The translations under genes and the position numbers were made by a program. Positions 41,423-58,536 of a stretch of DNA of 64,000 bases are shown here, piece by piece. Origin of the DNA: Octopus vulgaris (taxonomy: Eukaryota); contig OX597833.1 of the NCBI GenBank assembly GCA_951406725.2, forward strand, positions 66,402,001-66,466,000, written 5' to 3'. Each line of letters starts with the position of its first letter. The first letter of the stretch is position 1. The notes beneath the pieces were generated by a model. That model searched no databases, was not told the origin of the DNA, and was given only the letters and a program-made list of their open reading frames with translations.

Positions 41423-41452
41423 ATATGTATGTATTATATATATATATATGTA

Positions 41453-41483
<31 letters not shown>

Positions 41484-41781
41484 TATGTGTATTTGACTGT
41501 CAATACCTAACGTCCTTTCACGAACTGTATCGCGCCCCGAAGGCAACTTTGGGACGGAGGTGATTGGTTGAAATATGGTCGATGCAACAGTTCTTATTAT
41601 CTACGACTGTACAGGAAACACTTTTACCATCATCCAGGAAGTGATGGAATGTGAAGCACACTGACGACTGACTTAAGTTAATTTCTAACAACAGTTGCAA
41701 ATACACAGTCTTGTGTTTAGATATGTATACATATATGTAAACATATGTATGCATGTATAAGTGTATCCATCTATCTTTCTG

Positions 41782-41854
<73 letters not shown>

Positions 41855-42014
41855 TTATTTATCTATCTATCTATCTCTACGTATGTATGTATATATTCAT
41901 GTATGTATGTATGTATGTATGTATGTATGTATGTATGTATGTATGTATGTATGTATGTATGTTGTTTTGTATGTATCTATCTATCTATCTATCAATCTAT
42001 CTATCTATCAATCA

Positions 42015-42507
<493 letters not shown>

Positions 42508-42799
42508 GGTTCAATCTCAGTACATGCACACGCAATTATATATATACATATATATGTGTGTGTGTGTGAGTGCATGTATATGTGTGTGTGTGTGTGTATG
42601 TGTAAGTGCATTCACATATTTGTATATGGCCATGCGTACATACAGATACAATTTTATATGCATTCAAAGGCTATTTCGAAAAATATGTACACCATTAATA
42701 TCTGATAACTTCCTTCCTTCCTTTCGGATTTAACCCATCGAAAGCTCCCAGCCTAAATCTGAATACAGGAAATTTATCCAAAGCTGCTACTCGTAGTTT

Positions 42800-43180
42800 G
42801 ACATCACGGTCGAAGTGTAAAAAATGTTGAGGAAGGAGTTTCAAACAGATCTGCCTATACAACTTACCATTGATCGAATTACAGATAAGTTTGAAGCAGA
42901 CAGAACTCTGCAAAATGTCCACGAGAAACTCTGCTGGAGACCGAAAACATCGACAAGATGCTCAATAAAGAAAATATAATAAAATAAAACCAGAAATGGC
43001 ACCAGAAACGGATTGCCAGAGTTCAGAAAAATCTGTCAGTATTGCAAGTGAATCGTAAGGTAGGAATTTCGAAATCGGACTTTTGTAGAATTTTTGAAGA
43101 GTTATTCTTGAAAACCTTACATTCAAGAATAGTGTATGCTCTCAGTGATGATTCCGATCCAAGAAGGATAACCGTTTTCG
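42800..43180 (+). pseudogene. Tc1-like transposase N-terminal HTH relic
   Basis: RKEFQTDLPIQLTIDRITDKFEADRTLQNVHEKLCWRPKTST resembles the P.R.TI.R...KF...G.V.....SGRP.TS motif. Confidence 0.6.
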
Positions 43181-43221
43181 AAGACATCGGTCAATCAGTT
43201 CCCTCGTTGAGGATAACTTAA

Positions 43222-43277
<56 letters not shown>

Positions 43278-43449
43278 TAGAGTATTCTGGCTCAAAACAT
43301 TCACTGCTATCTGAAGATCGGTTGACTGAGTAATAGTTTGGGAAATCGTTTCATATTGAACGGATGCAATTTTACTCTGCCGTTGACATTCGAGTACTAT
43401 TTTGTCCAATCTCTTTTGAATCTATCTGTTCGCATGTGGGTTTATATAT

Positions 43450-43530
<81 letters not shown>

Positions 43531-44328
43531 TGTGTGTGTGTATTATATATGTACACAAATTTATATATCTATTTGAGTATATATATATATATATATATAT
43601 ATAAATGAATATGTATATAAATATATATTTATATTAAATTAGCTTTAAGATTTAAAAGTGAATTTGACACACCACATATCATACACATGCATATTTGGAT
43701 GTGCCATACATAAACATATACTATATATATATATATAGTATATGTATATAAACATATACTATATATATATATACATATATGTTTGTGTGCGTATATATCT
43801 ATATACATATGCATACACATATTTTTATATATATATGTTTATCTATCTCTATTTGTGTGTGTATATATATATATATATACGCACACACACATATACTCAT
43901 ACACACACACACACATATATAAGCACTCTCACAGAATCCCCCCCCTCCGCCACCCCCTACACATCATATACAGTAGAGCGATTCTTCTTTTCTATTTTCC
44001 CTTCTTTCAAATCTTGATCAAATCGTTTTATGTTAGATCAGAAATAATTTTTTTTTTATTCACAAAAATATTGGCACTTTTCAAACATCCTCATATTGAG
44101 TTTTTCCCATGTTCTCTGTGTTTGTTGTTCAGCCGTTCGTCACTCTTTATTCTTTATTCGTTACTCTTTGTTCTTCTATATTTTTTATTTTTTTCCCTTT
44201 TGAACTTTATATTATTTTGTTTACGTTTCGTGCGATATCTGTTCGATAAAACGCCATATTTTTGCTATATGTAGAAAAATAATTTAGTTCGCTTCTCTAT
44301 CCTTCCTTTCTTTCACTCTTTCTCCCGC

Positions 44329-44369
<41 letters not shown>

Positions 44370-44398
44370 TTAGATATTTATATATACATATATATATG

Positions 44399-44449
<51 letters not shown>

Positions 44450-44690
44450 CAGTTGTATATGTGTGTAGGTGTGTATGTATGTATGTGTGTGTGCGCTGTT
44501 TGTATGAGTGGGCGTGTGTTTGGGTATGTGTGTGTGTGTGTATTTATTTAAAGCTGTGCCTGATGTTACTTGTACGCACACCTTACCGAACCTCAGGCGA
44601 CCGATTAAGTGTTGTATTAATTGTGTCCGTGAGAATGTATTTATACACATATGTTTCTATACATTTATATATACGAACATATATGTACGT

Positions 44691-44742
<52 letters not shown>

Positions 44743-44838
44743 GCATACATACACACTCTAACATCAATATCTATATTTTTGTTACTCATACACTTTAAGT
44801 TTCAAGGACTCAACATCAGAGAAGAGATAAGGAAAATT

Positions 44839-44912
<74 letters not shown>

Positions 44913-44989
44913 CATACATACACATACATATGCATACATACATACATATATATATGTATATATATATACATATGTGTGTGTATATATAT

Positions 44990-46100
44990 ATTATCAGTTT
45001 CCACTCAAAGCTGTGGCGATGCTGGGGCACCGCCATTTTGCTACACTGTTATTATTGAGAGCCTCCTCTAATACGTGGCATTTGGTGAATAAATGAGTTC
45101 GGTAAAGCTACCCCCATTTGCATCTCCTGCTGCGAGGAAGTGATACAGTTTTGATTTGAAAACACCTTCATCCATTTTGTGTAGATCCCTGAGGTTCTTT
45201 GTCAGAATATCAAAAAGCTGTGAGCCTTGAAACCTAGGCTGTTGCAATAACTGGTACTTTAGGGCGATGGCGTTGCTGGGATCTTTGGCATTGTGTAGTG
45301 GCAACCCGTTCTGGCATTTGTGTAGCTTTCAATGCCAAAATTTGGCACAATACCTTCCAGGATCTTCCAGATATATACTGCTGCATATCTCTCCAGCCAT
45401 CGCTCCAGTAAGTAGAATTTCCGCTGTTTCAGTCTATCCTAGCAGCTGGGTTGTTGCAATGAGACGATCTTTGTGAAGCTTCGCTGGATTGCTTCAATGT
45501 CCGCTGTTAATTTTACACTGTGGGGTGACCATAGCTGGTAGCAGTAGTCCAGGCGGCTGAGGGAAAATGTCCTCCATAGATTCCTTCTCTTTGGTTCTGA
45601 AAGTTCTCAGGATCCAGCCAGCCAATCATCTGCATTTTGTCACTATCATGGTAATGTGCAGTTTGAAAGAGGTATAATTGCTCATTTATGGATTGGACAT
45701 ATGTTTCCTCCTTTATGGATTGGGTATATTATTACCTCCATTTGTTTGCTTGGCTGACTTGCCGGTTGCAAGAAAGCTCTGGAAGAGAATCTGTAGTAGT
45801 TTCGCCAGGGCGATTTGAGGATAATAACCAGCAGCTGAGTTTGTGTCCACCTCATCTATGGCTAGTAGTATATCTTCTTCACTAATATCGATGTAATCCA
45901 TCGTAACTGCCTCGCTGGTTATAGCTGAGGCGGCAAAGAAATCCACTGGTTCGTTCATTTGTCTGTGTTCGAATGGGGCAGTAAAGACACTTTTGAACTG
46001 GTCATTCAGTACCTCACTCATCCTGGTTGAGCTATATGTGAGGGAGCCATCCTTTTGGAAGAGGGGTCCTATATTGCAGCGTACTGAGGGTTTTCTTTGG
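44990..46100 (-). mobile_element. Degenerate, internally deleted CR1-group LINE
   Basis: [14 protein letters not shown]...ILLAIDEVDTNSAAG; LDYCYQLWSPHSVKLTADIEAIQRSFT; 3' tail GGCGGTGCCCCAGCATCGCCACAGC. Confidence 0.82.
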
Positions 46101-46113
46101 CATAATATACATA

Positions 46114-46690
<577 letters not shown>

Positions 46691-46739
46691 GCATACATAT
46701 ATATATATACATGCATACATATATATATATATATACATG

Positions 46740-46778
<39 letters not shown>

Positions 46779-46800
46779 GCATACATATATATATACATGC

Positions 46801-47070
<270 letters not shown>

Positions 47071-47150
47071 GATATATATGTATATACAAACACACATGCA
47101 TATATGTATTTATATATGTCTAAGCAGGTAGATAGATTTACATATGTATG

Positions 47151-47215
<65 letters not shown>

Positions 47216-47452
47216 GTATACACGCATGAATGCAGCTATATAATGTATCGGCTCCTGTTCTTGGTAAATGTGCTGTCTCTCTCCCAAGAGCTGTTTGAAA
47301 TTTGCATTAAAACACAGTAAAAACATCTCTCATCTCAAGTGGCAATGTTGTTTGTGTTGCCCGATTTATGGATGTATATATGTAATATATGCGTGTTTGT
47401 ATGCTAGCATGCTTGTATTTATATATTTATATCTATCCCCCCTCTCTCTGTC

Positions 47453-47536
<84 letters not shown>

Positions 47537-47869
47537 GACGCACACACACAGACACGTTTGTTTCTATTTCACGTTTTGTTTATTGTTCTCATTCCGCTAT
47601 GTTTTGGCTGTATATTTCCTCGTATCACTTTCTGACATCAAATACCCAATTTTCCCGGTATTAAATATATATATTCTGGTAATTGAATAAATATTCTCCT
47701 TCGGCCTGTTTTTATCGATCTGTTAACCTTATCGAATTTTCACATATCAGAGATCGCCTGGCCTGAAGCTTTCAGATATGGTTGTCACATTATATATTTT
47801 TATTTATATTAATTTTTCCTCTTTATTCCTCCATAACGCCCACTTCGGGACGTCGGTGTGATGGAGGAA

Positions 47870-48350
47870 CCACGTCATTTAATTCCTTGACCACCACGTC
47901 TTTTAATCCCCTGTCTACCATACTATTTAATCCCCTAAAAACTTCTTCCTTTAATCCTCTGACCATGACACTATTTAATCCACTAACGACCACAACATTT
48001 AATCTCCTGAACATCATACTATTTAATTTCTTTGTCATCACACCCTTCAATCCTCTTTAATATTCTGACCTCCACACTTTTTAATCTCCTGACCATTATA
48101 CTATTTAATACCGTTACCACCACAACTTTAATCCTCTAACGACTACACCTTTTAATACTCCGACCATCACACTATTTAATCCCCTAAGCATCACAACTTT
48201 AATCCCCTGGTCACCATGGCATTAATCCCTTACCATTACCGTAACTTTAATCCCTTTCCATACCCCTTTCCATCAAACCATATTAATCCCTTTACCATAA
48301 CCACCTTTAAACCCCTAACTCCCATGACATTTAATCCCGTGACCACCACG
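47870..48350. repeat. Degenerate ~24-bp minisatellite (TTTAATCCCCTGACCACCACAACA-like), ~20 copies
   Basis: TTTAATC recurs about every 23-24 bp. Confidence 0.85.
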
Positions 48351-48654
48351 CATATTTTAACAAAAGCGTCACTATTTACTTTACCTCCAAACCCAGCCAT
48401 TATATTTTTTATTATTTATATCTGTTTACATATGAGGAAATAGCAGCTAAATATCCCCCAGATGACAAAGAGACGTCTTAGAAAACAGAGAGAACATTGA
48501 ATAATGTGATCATAGATAAACTGTGTCTTGAACACAAAGTTGGAAGGGCATGGTTGGAATGTCTTTGATGATATATCAAGTCAGACTGGGAAGATGTAAA
48601 GCTAAACACCCAAAGCAACGACAACAACAACAACAACAGCAGCAGTAGCAGCAA

Positions 48655-48668
48655 GAGTAATAATAATA

Positions 48669-48701
<33 letters not shown>

Positions 48702-48725
48702 ATAATAATAATAATAATAACAATA

Positions 48726-48756
<31 letters not shown>

Positions 48757-48804
48757 AAATAATGATAATAATAATAGTAAAAATAATAATAATAATAATA
48801 ATAG

Positions 48805-48835
<31 letters not shown>

Positions 48836-48941
48836 AATAATGATAATAATAATAGTAAAAATAATAATAATAATAATAATGATAATAATATTAATAATAA
48901 TAATAATAATAATAATAACAATAATAATAATAATAATAATA

Positions 48942-48972
<31 letters not shown>

Positions 48973-49020
48973 AAATAATGATAATAATAATAGTAAAAAT
49001 AATAATAATAATAATAATAG

Positions 49021-49051
<31 letters not shown>

Positions 49052-49187
49052 AATAATGATAATAATAATAGTAAAAATAATAATAATAATAATAATGATA
49101 ATAATATTAATAATAATAATAATAATAATAATAATGATAAGAAAAACAACAACAACAACAACAACAATAGTATTAATATTAATAATG

Positions 49188-49218
<31 letters not shown>

Positions 49219-49230
49219 TAATAATAATAA
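48655..49230. repeat. (AAT)n tract with a 216-bp higher-order duplication
   Basis: The variant pattern AAAAATAATGATAATAATAATAGTAAAA at 48755 recurs at 48971. Confidence 0.85.
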
Positions 49231-50370
49231 GAACAACAACAGCAGCTGCAACAACAAAAAACAACAACAATAAAAACAAACATCTAAAAATACAGTGTCT
49301 TTGTGTGTGTTCCCCACCGCGTGAAAACCGGTGTTAGCTTGTTTACATTCCCGCAACTTAACGTTTCAGCGAAAGAGTTCGTTAGAAAAAAGTACCGAAA
49401 GAAAACAAAATGCTTTTGTCATTTTATTCGACTACACCTTTCAAGGCAATGCTGTAGCATGGTCGCAGTCCAATGATTGAAAGACGTAAAAGCTAAACGA
49501 CAAAAGACTCAATTTGCCACGGATTCTATGTAAGCGGTTGTAATGTCTTCCTACGCTGAATATATATCAGCCGTACATGTGTAGCGAAGACTTTTAATCA
49601 TCTCACGACCATCGAGGGGCCTTTATTATTTTTTTTTTTTACCAAATTTGTTTTAAGAACTTGAGAAGTAATTACAGAGCATCCATTTTGAACGCTGTTT
49701 ACCTGATATCTTTCAGTGATATCTCGTAGTAATATCTTTCAGTAATATCTTGGAGTAATATCTATGTTTCAGTAATGACTTACAGTAATATCTTCCCGTA
49801 ATATCCTCTTCTGATAACTTCTTATTTATCATTATTACGTTTTCTGCTCTTCTTGTGCTTCGGCTTGAAACTATGCATTTCTCATTTCCTTTAAGCTGAG
49901 CCGAAAGAAAATCATTCTAATTTTCTATAACATTTCTCTTTCTTTCTATACATATTTACCCTAATTTATGGAAACCTCCAAAAGAGTAGCTTATCTGATC
50001 CTGCCAACCACCGTCTTATCTCTCAAAGATAATGGATTTAACCACGAACATTCACTCGTTACAACACCGAAGCTTTCGTTCTATCTCTCCTCAACGACAT
50101 CCAGTGCAGTTCCCGTATAAACAGGTCACTTCAGCTATCAACTAAATGCAACACTATGTCACCTCTATTAACGAACAACTCACAAATAAACCTAGGTAAG
50201 CTTTCTAAATGGTAATCTTTCCAATCCCACCTGACCTTTCAAAGCCGATTTATATTTATTTACAACGTAGCCAAAATTATATTTCAAAAAACCCCCATCT
50301 TCTGTACGAGAAATTACTTTAACTCTCAAATAGCTGTTTACCCTGTTATCCAGAACATATATGATAAAGT

Positions 50371-50698
50371 GTGAGGGCGCGTGGCTTAGTGGTTAGGGCA
50401 TTCGGCTCATGATCGTAAGGTTGTGAGTTCGATTCCCGGCGACGCGTTGTGTCCTTGAGCAAGTCACTTTATTTCACGTTGCTCCAGTCCACTCAGCTGG
50501 CAAAAATGAGTTGTACTTGTATTTCAAAGAGCCGGCCTTGTCACTCTCTGTGTCACGCTGATTATCCCCGAGAACTACGTTAAGGGTACACGTGTCTGTG
50601 GAATGCTCAGCCATTTGCACGTTAATTTCACGAGCAAGCTGTTCCGTTGATCGTATCAGCTGGGACCCTCGTCGTCGTAACCGGCAGAGTCTTTTTTA
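50371..50698 (+). mobile_element. Full-length SINE family C (tail type 2) with 11-bp TSD
   Basis: tRNA-like head; ATATGATAAAG at 50359-50369 and 50699-50709. Confidence 0.88.
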
Positions 50699-51364
50699 AT
50701 ATGATAAAGCACCGAACTGGCAGAGTCACTAGAATGGCGTTCGCTATTTGTTCGTGTCTTCCGGAGAGTTTTTCATTAATTTGAAGTCGATTTCTGACTC
50801 TTCACGTTTCGAGTTCAAATCGCACCAAGGTCAACTTTGCCTTTCATTCTTTCAGCGATCTAAAATTAACATATAATAAGGGTATCAGTGATGTGCCGAA
50901 GTCCATGGGATCTGCCCCTCAAAATTTTTGTCATTTCACCTAAATCAGAAATTATTTTGGGGTTGATGAAAGGAAGTGGCGTGGCAGAATCGCTGGAGCA
51001 AGATGTATTGCAGACATCAAACCCTATACGTGGCTAGACATCAAACCCTATACGTAAAGCAACTGAGTTCAGTTGCTTTACGTTTGTACCTCTGCCGGAA
51101 GGAAGATATGTGGTTAGCATAGGGACAAAAAAAAAAAAAAGCCGTTCAAATGGTTAGTCACTTATGGGATTTGAAGTCTAACGCAACACCACATATACTC
51201 AAGTGAAAAATAGTTGAAAAATACAAGACAAATGTTAATGTATTCAAACAAAAAAGAATGCAAGCTATGCGTTGCTGAAAGATTGTAGATGCTTTTCAGA
51301 TCATATAACTTCACCTCACATTTGAATTCCAGATCTGAAATTTCCAGAGGATGTAAATATATGG

Positions 51365-51723
51365 ACCAATGCCTGCTGGCGAATTAGAAAATACTACCCT
51401 CTCTGAAGTGAGCGGCTGTACCGCTGACCATGAGATTGCACCTAGAAAGTTACCCTCCCAGGCACAAGTCCGGGCAAGGTTGTTTATGGAAGAACAGAAG
51501 TCGCTCATGCATACCGGACTCCACTCTCCACGCCACCAGTGTTATCCTAGGGAAAGGCAAAGGGGCCGATACGGGTTGGCATCAGTGACGTCGCAACACT
51601 TTTCTGGAACCTGAGTGAACTGGAGCGACGTGAAATAAAGTGTCTTGCTCAAGAACACAACACGCAGTCCGGTCCGGGATTCGAACTCACAACCTCACGA
51701 TCGTAAGCTCGACGCTCTAACCA
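51365..51723 (-). mobile_element. SINE family C (tail type 3)
   Basis: Minus: GGTTAGAGCGTCGAGCTTACGATCGTGAGGTTGTGAGTTCGAATCCC...GTGTTCTTGAGCAAGACACTTTATTTCACGTCGCTCCAGTTCACTCAG, then a different 3' half. Confidence 0.8.
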
Positions 51724-51796
51724 TATATACATATATGAATGTATGAATACATTATATATATATACCTTACACCTTTGTATGTGTGTATATATATAC

Positions 51797-52175
51797 TCTT
51801 TTACTCTTTACTTGTTTCAGTCATTTGACTGCGGCCATGCTGGAGCACCGCCTTTAATCGAACAACTCGACCCCGGGACTTATTCTTTTGTAAGCCCAGT
51901 ACTTATTCTATCGGTCTCTTTTGCCGAACCGCTAAGTAACAGGGACATAAACACTAGGGGACAAACACAGACACACAAACACACACGCATATATATATAC
52001 ATATATACGACGGGCTTCTTTCAGTTTCCCTCTACCAAATCCACTCACAAGGCATTTTGGTCGGCCCGAGGCTATAGTAGAAGACACTTGCCCAAGGTGC
52101 CATGCAGTGGGACTGAACCCCGAACCATGTGGTTGGTAAGCAAGCTACTTACCACACAGCCACTCCTGCGCCTAT
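51797..52175 (-). mobile_element. SINE family A
   Basis: Reverse complement of 34797-35222 with a small internal deletion. Confidence 0.9.
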
Positions 52176-52180
52176 GTTAA

Positions 52181-52296
<116 letters not shown>

Positions 52297-52341
52297 TGAA
52301 GGTTATATATATATAAAGACATATATAATGTGTAACATATG

Positions 52342-52377
<36 letters not shown>

Positions 52378-52396
52378 TGTTATTATTATTATATAT

Positions 52397-52430
<34 letters not shown>

Positions 52431-52635
52431 ATATTACTTATATTATAAACACACACACATATATATATATAAATATATACATATGCATTTTTGTATGGCA
52501 TTGTGTAAAAGTGAAGGTGGGTGTTTTCATCATTGTTATGGGGCATAAAGACATACGTGTGCGGCTGTTAGTGAATGTGAGTGCGTGTGTGTGTGTGTAT
52601 GCTTGTATTTCTGTTTCCTTCTTTTTATTATAGAC

Positions 52636-52712
<77 letters not shown>

Positions 52713-52942
52713 CCTTCCTCGTTTCCTTCTGAACATTGTTTCTGATCTTACTATGGCCGCCATCGTCTTCGTTGTTGTCGTCGACGTTGTTGATGTTGTT
52801 GCTGTTGTTGTTGTTGCTGTTGTTGTTGTTGCTAGTGATGATGTTGTTGATGTTGGTTGCAAAACACTAATAATTCATCTTGAACAATGGTGCTACGAAA
52901 CATCTAAAAACTGAGGCAACACACACACACACACATTGATGC

Positions 52943-53003
<61 letters not shown>

Positions 53004-53237
53004 TATACATGTATATATATAAATATATAAATACATATATATGTATATATATATGCACATATATGTATATAATTATATATATTTATATATATATACATAT
53101 ATGTATATGTGTATATATATATATATACACATATATATGTATATATATATAAATATATAAATATATAAATATATAAATACATATATATGTATATATATAT
53201 ATGTATACACATATATGTATATAATTATATATGTATA

Positions 53238-53269
<32 letters not shown>

Positions 53270-53315
53270 CGCATATATATGTATATATATATATATAAGT
53301 GTGTGTGTATATATA

Positions 53316-53372
<57 letters not shown>

Positions 53373-53869
53373 GTATGCACACGCAACTACATGCACACGT
53401 GTACACGCATACACACTTGATAACCCCCATTCTTTGTCCTCTGAACGTTCACATACATCTACTCTCTTGTGAATCTTACATTAGCGCCCCTCTTCCTCCT
53501 CCTCCTCCCACCTCTTCCTCCTCCCACCTCCTCCATCTCCTTCCCTTCAACCAACCAACCGATCCACCAACAAACCCCTTTCTCGCTTCCTTCTTTCTTT
53601 CTTTCTTTCTTTCTTACCTTCTTCCATCTTTCTTTCGTTCCTTTCTTCTCTGATGTGTTGTTATTTTCTTTTTTAAACTCCATGTCTTTTGCACCGATTA
53701 ACCCTCGAAGCCTACGTAACGCTCTGTTTTCATGTAGAAACTTGTCGAAAGGTTTTAAATATATTATATTCATATTTACGTCATGTTTGTAGTATAAAAT
53801 ATTTACATTACATTATATTCTTATGATACTTACGTCTATATTACACCATATCCATATTTTTCTATCATG

Positions 53870-54716
53870 TTTATTTCTTTCTTTATTGCTCACAGGGAGC
53901 TAAACATAGAGGGGGGAAAAACCAAGGACAGACGAAGGGATTAAGTCGATTGCATCCATCGACCACATTGCGTAACTGGTACTTAATTTATCGACCTCCA
54001 AAGAATGAAAGGCAAAGTCGACCTCGGAGGAACTTGAACTCAGAACGTAAGGACGGACGAAAAACGTATTTCTTTACTACCCACAAGGGGCTAAACACAG
54101 AGGGGGACAAACAAGGACAGACAAACGGATTAAGTCGATTATATCGACCCCAGTGCGTAACTGGTACTTAATTTATCGACCCCAAACGGATGAAAGGCAA
54201 AGTCGATCTCGGCGGAATTTGAACTCGGAACGTAACGGCAGACAAAATACGGCTACACTTTTCGTCCGGCCTGATAACGTTTCTGCCAGCTCCCCATCTC
54301 CTTTCTATGTAATATTATATTCTTTTCTACTTTAGGCACAAGGCCCGAAATTTTGAGGGAGCGGGACAGTCGATTATTGACCCCAGTACGCAACTGGTAC
54401 TTAATTTATCGACCCCGAAAGGATGAAAGGCAAAGTCGACCTTGGCGGAATTTGAACTCAGAACGTTAAGACAGACGAAATACCTATTTCTTTACTACCC
54501 ACAATGGGCTAAACACAGAGAGGACAAACAAGGACAGACAAACGGATCAAGTCGATTACATCGACCCCAGTGCGTAACTGGTACTTAGTTTATCGACCCC
54601 AAACGGATGAAAGGCAAAGTCGAGTTCGGCGGAATTTGAACTCAGAACGTAACAGCAGACGAAATACGGCTACGCATTTTGCCCGACGTGCTAACGTTTC
54701 TGCCAGCTCGCCGCCT
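53870..54716 (-). mobile_element. Cluster of four SINE family B units (two dimeric elements)
   Basis: AACTGGTACTTAATTTATCGACC...GGATGAAAGGCAAAGTCGA...GGAATTTGAACTCAGAACG occurs 4 times; complete heads only at ~54290 and ~54716. Confidence 0.88.
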
Positions 54717-54876
54717 TATTTCTATATATTATATTTATATTATATTTTTGTCGAAAGGTTTTAAATATGTTATATCTATATTATTTTATATTCATATTTA
54801 TATGACATCTGTTGTATATAATATATTATTATATTTCTATTATGTCATATTTACATTATGTTGATATATTATATTG

Positions 54877-55165
54877 TGGAGACACAATGGCCGGTGGTTA
54901 GGGCAGCGGATTCGCGGTCGTGAGATCGTGGTTTCGATATATATATGTGAGTGTTTATTGAGCGAGAACACACAAAGCTCCAGGAAGCTCCGGCAGGGAG
55001 TGGTGGCGATCCCTGCTCTACTCTTTTGCCACAATTTTCTCTCACTCTTTCGTCTGTTGGCCTGCTCGCTTAGCCAGCGGTGTGTCGTCATTTGAAAGCT
55101 AAAACAATGCGAAGCGCATTGTGACCAGCGATGTGTAGCAGCATCTGATAGCCTGGTCGTAAAAA
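54877..55165 (+). mobile_element. SINE family D
   Basis: CAATGGCCGGTGGTTAGGGCAGCGGATTCGCGGTCG...GTGAGTGTTTATTGAGCG; ends in an A-run. Confidence 0.78.
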
Positions 55166-55479
55166 AAAATTACAGTTGTATTATACTGTATTTGTATTTT
55201 GTTCTATGTATGTCATATTGTTTATATATTATGTTCTAGTAAGATTGTATTGTGCCGTGTATTTATTTTGTTATATTGTGTTATATAGCTTCATCATATT
55301 TTACTCTGTTGTTTTAATACAATATATTCATATTGTTAAATTGTGTTATATTAAATCATATTGTATTGTTATATCCATCGAACGTAAAGTAAAAAAAAAC
55401 AAAGGAAAAAAACAAACAAAATCACAACGCCAACAATGCCCAGGTGCATAATATTAATATAGTATACTCTAAAAGAAAA

Positions 55480-56080
55480 TAATATTTAACGTTTCGGACA
55501 TTGGCAGCTTTCTCAAGAGACGATGAAATTGTACATGACAGAAAAAATGTGCGCGTATTTATCGAAATGAAGCCTGTCGAATAATTACAGGAATAAAGCA
55601 AGAGGATGTTATCGTCATTTACTAGCAGTGAAGAACGAACTGTTGGGAACTGGTTAATGCCGGACGTGCTCTGAAGAAGATGAAGCCCGGGGAAAGATGT
55701 AGTATGTGAGAGTAGGAAATTAGATGTGCCTGAAGCGTTGTATGGTTCTGCGCGTTAGAATGGCGTGTTAGACATAACAGGACGCAAATTTAATAGAAAA
55801 TGAGAATAAAATTCTTCTGGATCTGAATAAAATTAGCGTGAGGATGTATGTATGAAGTACATCAGTGTGTTTATGTTTCTGGAAGAGAGAAACTGTAGAG
55901 AAATAAGTCAGTTGTTTATACCATAAAGAGAGAGGCTGTGCGCGTGCAGAAGATAAGCTATTGTTCGTGACAAAGACGATATGGGAACAACAAATGTGTT
56001 ACATGAGACCGCAAACAGTGAGATAAAGAAGAAAATAGCGTAGGAAGTTGAAATGGTAAGCAACAGTGATCCGCTGATAT
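55480..56080 (-). pseudogene. Possible highly degenerate PLE 3' end
   Basis: Minus YHFNF...LTVCGL...EQ*LIF...YGINN* resembles a GIY-YIG C-terminus; AACGTTTCGG at ~55488 may be a HHR remnant. Confidence 0.35.
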
Positions 56081-56349
56081 ATGGCTGAATGTCCAGTAAA
56101 TTGTATTTTCAAGTTAAATTTTTTGGAATAATTTAATTGGATATTTTTTTTTCTAAAGTTATCAGTTTTAATTTTGTTTCAATTTCTCAGTTGAAGTATT
56201 ATCGTTATTAGACTGATATATTCGAACTAGTATCATAATAATTTTGGTCGATATATATATATATATATATGTTAAAAAATAATATATCATGCACACAAAT
56301 TTTTATGTGTTCACAGACACACCACACACATCGGCAATAAATTCATATA

Positions 56350-56553
<204 letters not shown>

Positions 56554-57034
56554 TATCTAGATCCATTTATGTATGTATGAATAAATGAATTTTAAGCAAA
56601 CACACAACAGTACGCACAGGAAGTAGCAGGCAGCCATTCATGCAATCAAAAACACAGCGGAATGCATATGCATGAGGGAAATCAATAAATAAATTAAACG
56701 GTAAGTAAATAGACGGCAATAAAAGGTGCTCGATAAAGAAATACATATATATATATATACATAAATGCAAATAAATGTGAATAATTATTAAATGCAAATG
56801 AAACAAATAATACATGTAAATAATTAATAGAAAATGAATAAGTTTATATATGCAAAGAGATGCAAATGCATGCATGTGTATATAAGTGTATACATATATC
56901 TTTATACACACACATATAAATATATGCATATGAACATAACATACAAATATAAGCATATGTGTATAAACATGTATAAAGACAAACAACGCATATTTACTCA
57001 TATACGTACACGCACATATGTGAATGTACATATA

Positions 57035-57069
<35 letters not shown>

Positions 57070-57149
57070 GTGCATATATATATATATATGTATACATATA
57101 TGTATCTTTGAGTGAGTATATATATATATATAAATATATATATATGCAA

Positions 57150-57210
<61 letters not shown>

Positions 57211-57336
57211 CAAATGCATTTCATGCACATATACACATGTATATGTGCAAACATGCATACATAAATTTATATGCATATATACATATATACATCGATATAT
57301 ACGCAAACATGTATATGCGTACGTTCATACATACAT

Positions 57337-57416
<80 letters not shown>

Positions 57417-57733
57417 ATATATGCATGCACATATCAATATATATATGCACACATATACAAAATTTATATAAGTGACTATAATGACGCACTCATAAATATT
57501 TATTCACGTATACGCATACACACATCATGTATATACACGCATAGATATATACAACTACGCTATTATGTACATTTAAACACGTTCGAATCCGCGCTTTCTC
57601 ACAGGCACAAGTTTGCATTCTGTCATACATGCGAGATTACGTGCACACATTCACGCACCCATACTAACAGCACCCACGCTATACTCGTACCTTCATACAT
57701 ATGCATGCGCATACACAAATATATATATATATT

Positions 57734-57870
<137 letters not shown>

Positions 57871-58052
57871 GCATATACCATGTTATATATATATATATAT
57901 TATCGACGTAGCTATGTATTTATTTCTCTCTATGTTGGCTCGTATGCATGTATGTATATTCGTGTGTACATATGTACCTATCGATCTGTTTCTTCCACTT
58001 TCACTCCCACCCCCCTCTCTCTCCCTATACACACACACGCACACACACACAC

Positions 58053-58086
<34 letters not shown>

Positions 58087-58265
58087 TTACACACACACAT
58101 ATACATCTCTATATATGTGTAAATATGTACATACGTACAGATAGACATACAGCTATATAGCTGCGTGTATATATATTTTGCTAATAAATTTATATACAAA
58201 CAACATATATGTATATGTATATACAGACATAACACACACACACACACACTCACACGCATACTTAC

Positions 58266-58308
<43 letters not shown>

Positions 58309-58333
58309 CCTATCTGTCTATCTACCTATCTAC

Positions 58334-58392
<59 letters not shown>

Positions 58393-58505
58393 CCTATCTA
58401 CCTATCTATCTATCTATCTATCTATCTACCTATCTATCTATCTATCTATCTATCTATCTGTCTATCTATCTACCTATCTACCTATCTACCTATCTACCTA
58501 TCTAC

Positions 58506-58536
<31 letters not shown>

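Noticed and set aside
41520-41730. Possible mariner HTH relic
   Set aside because: Motifs are too degenerate to call by eye.
49950-50350. Possible degenerate LINE RT fragment (SDPANHRLIS)
   Set aside because: Only one short motif is recognisable; insufficient support.
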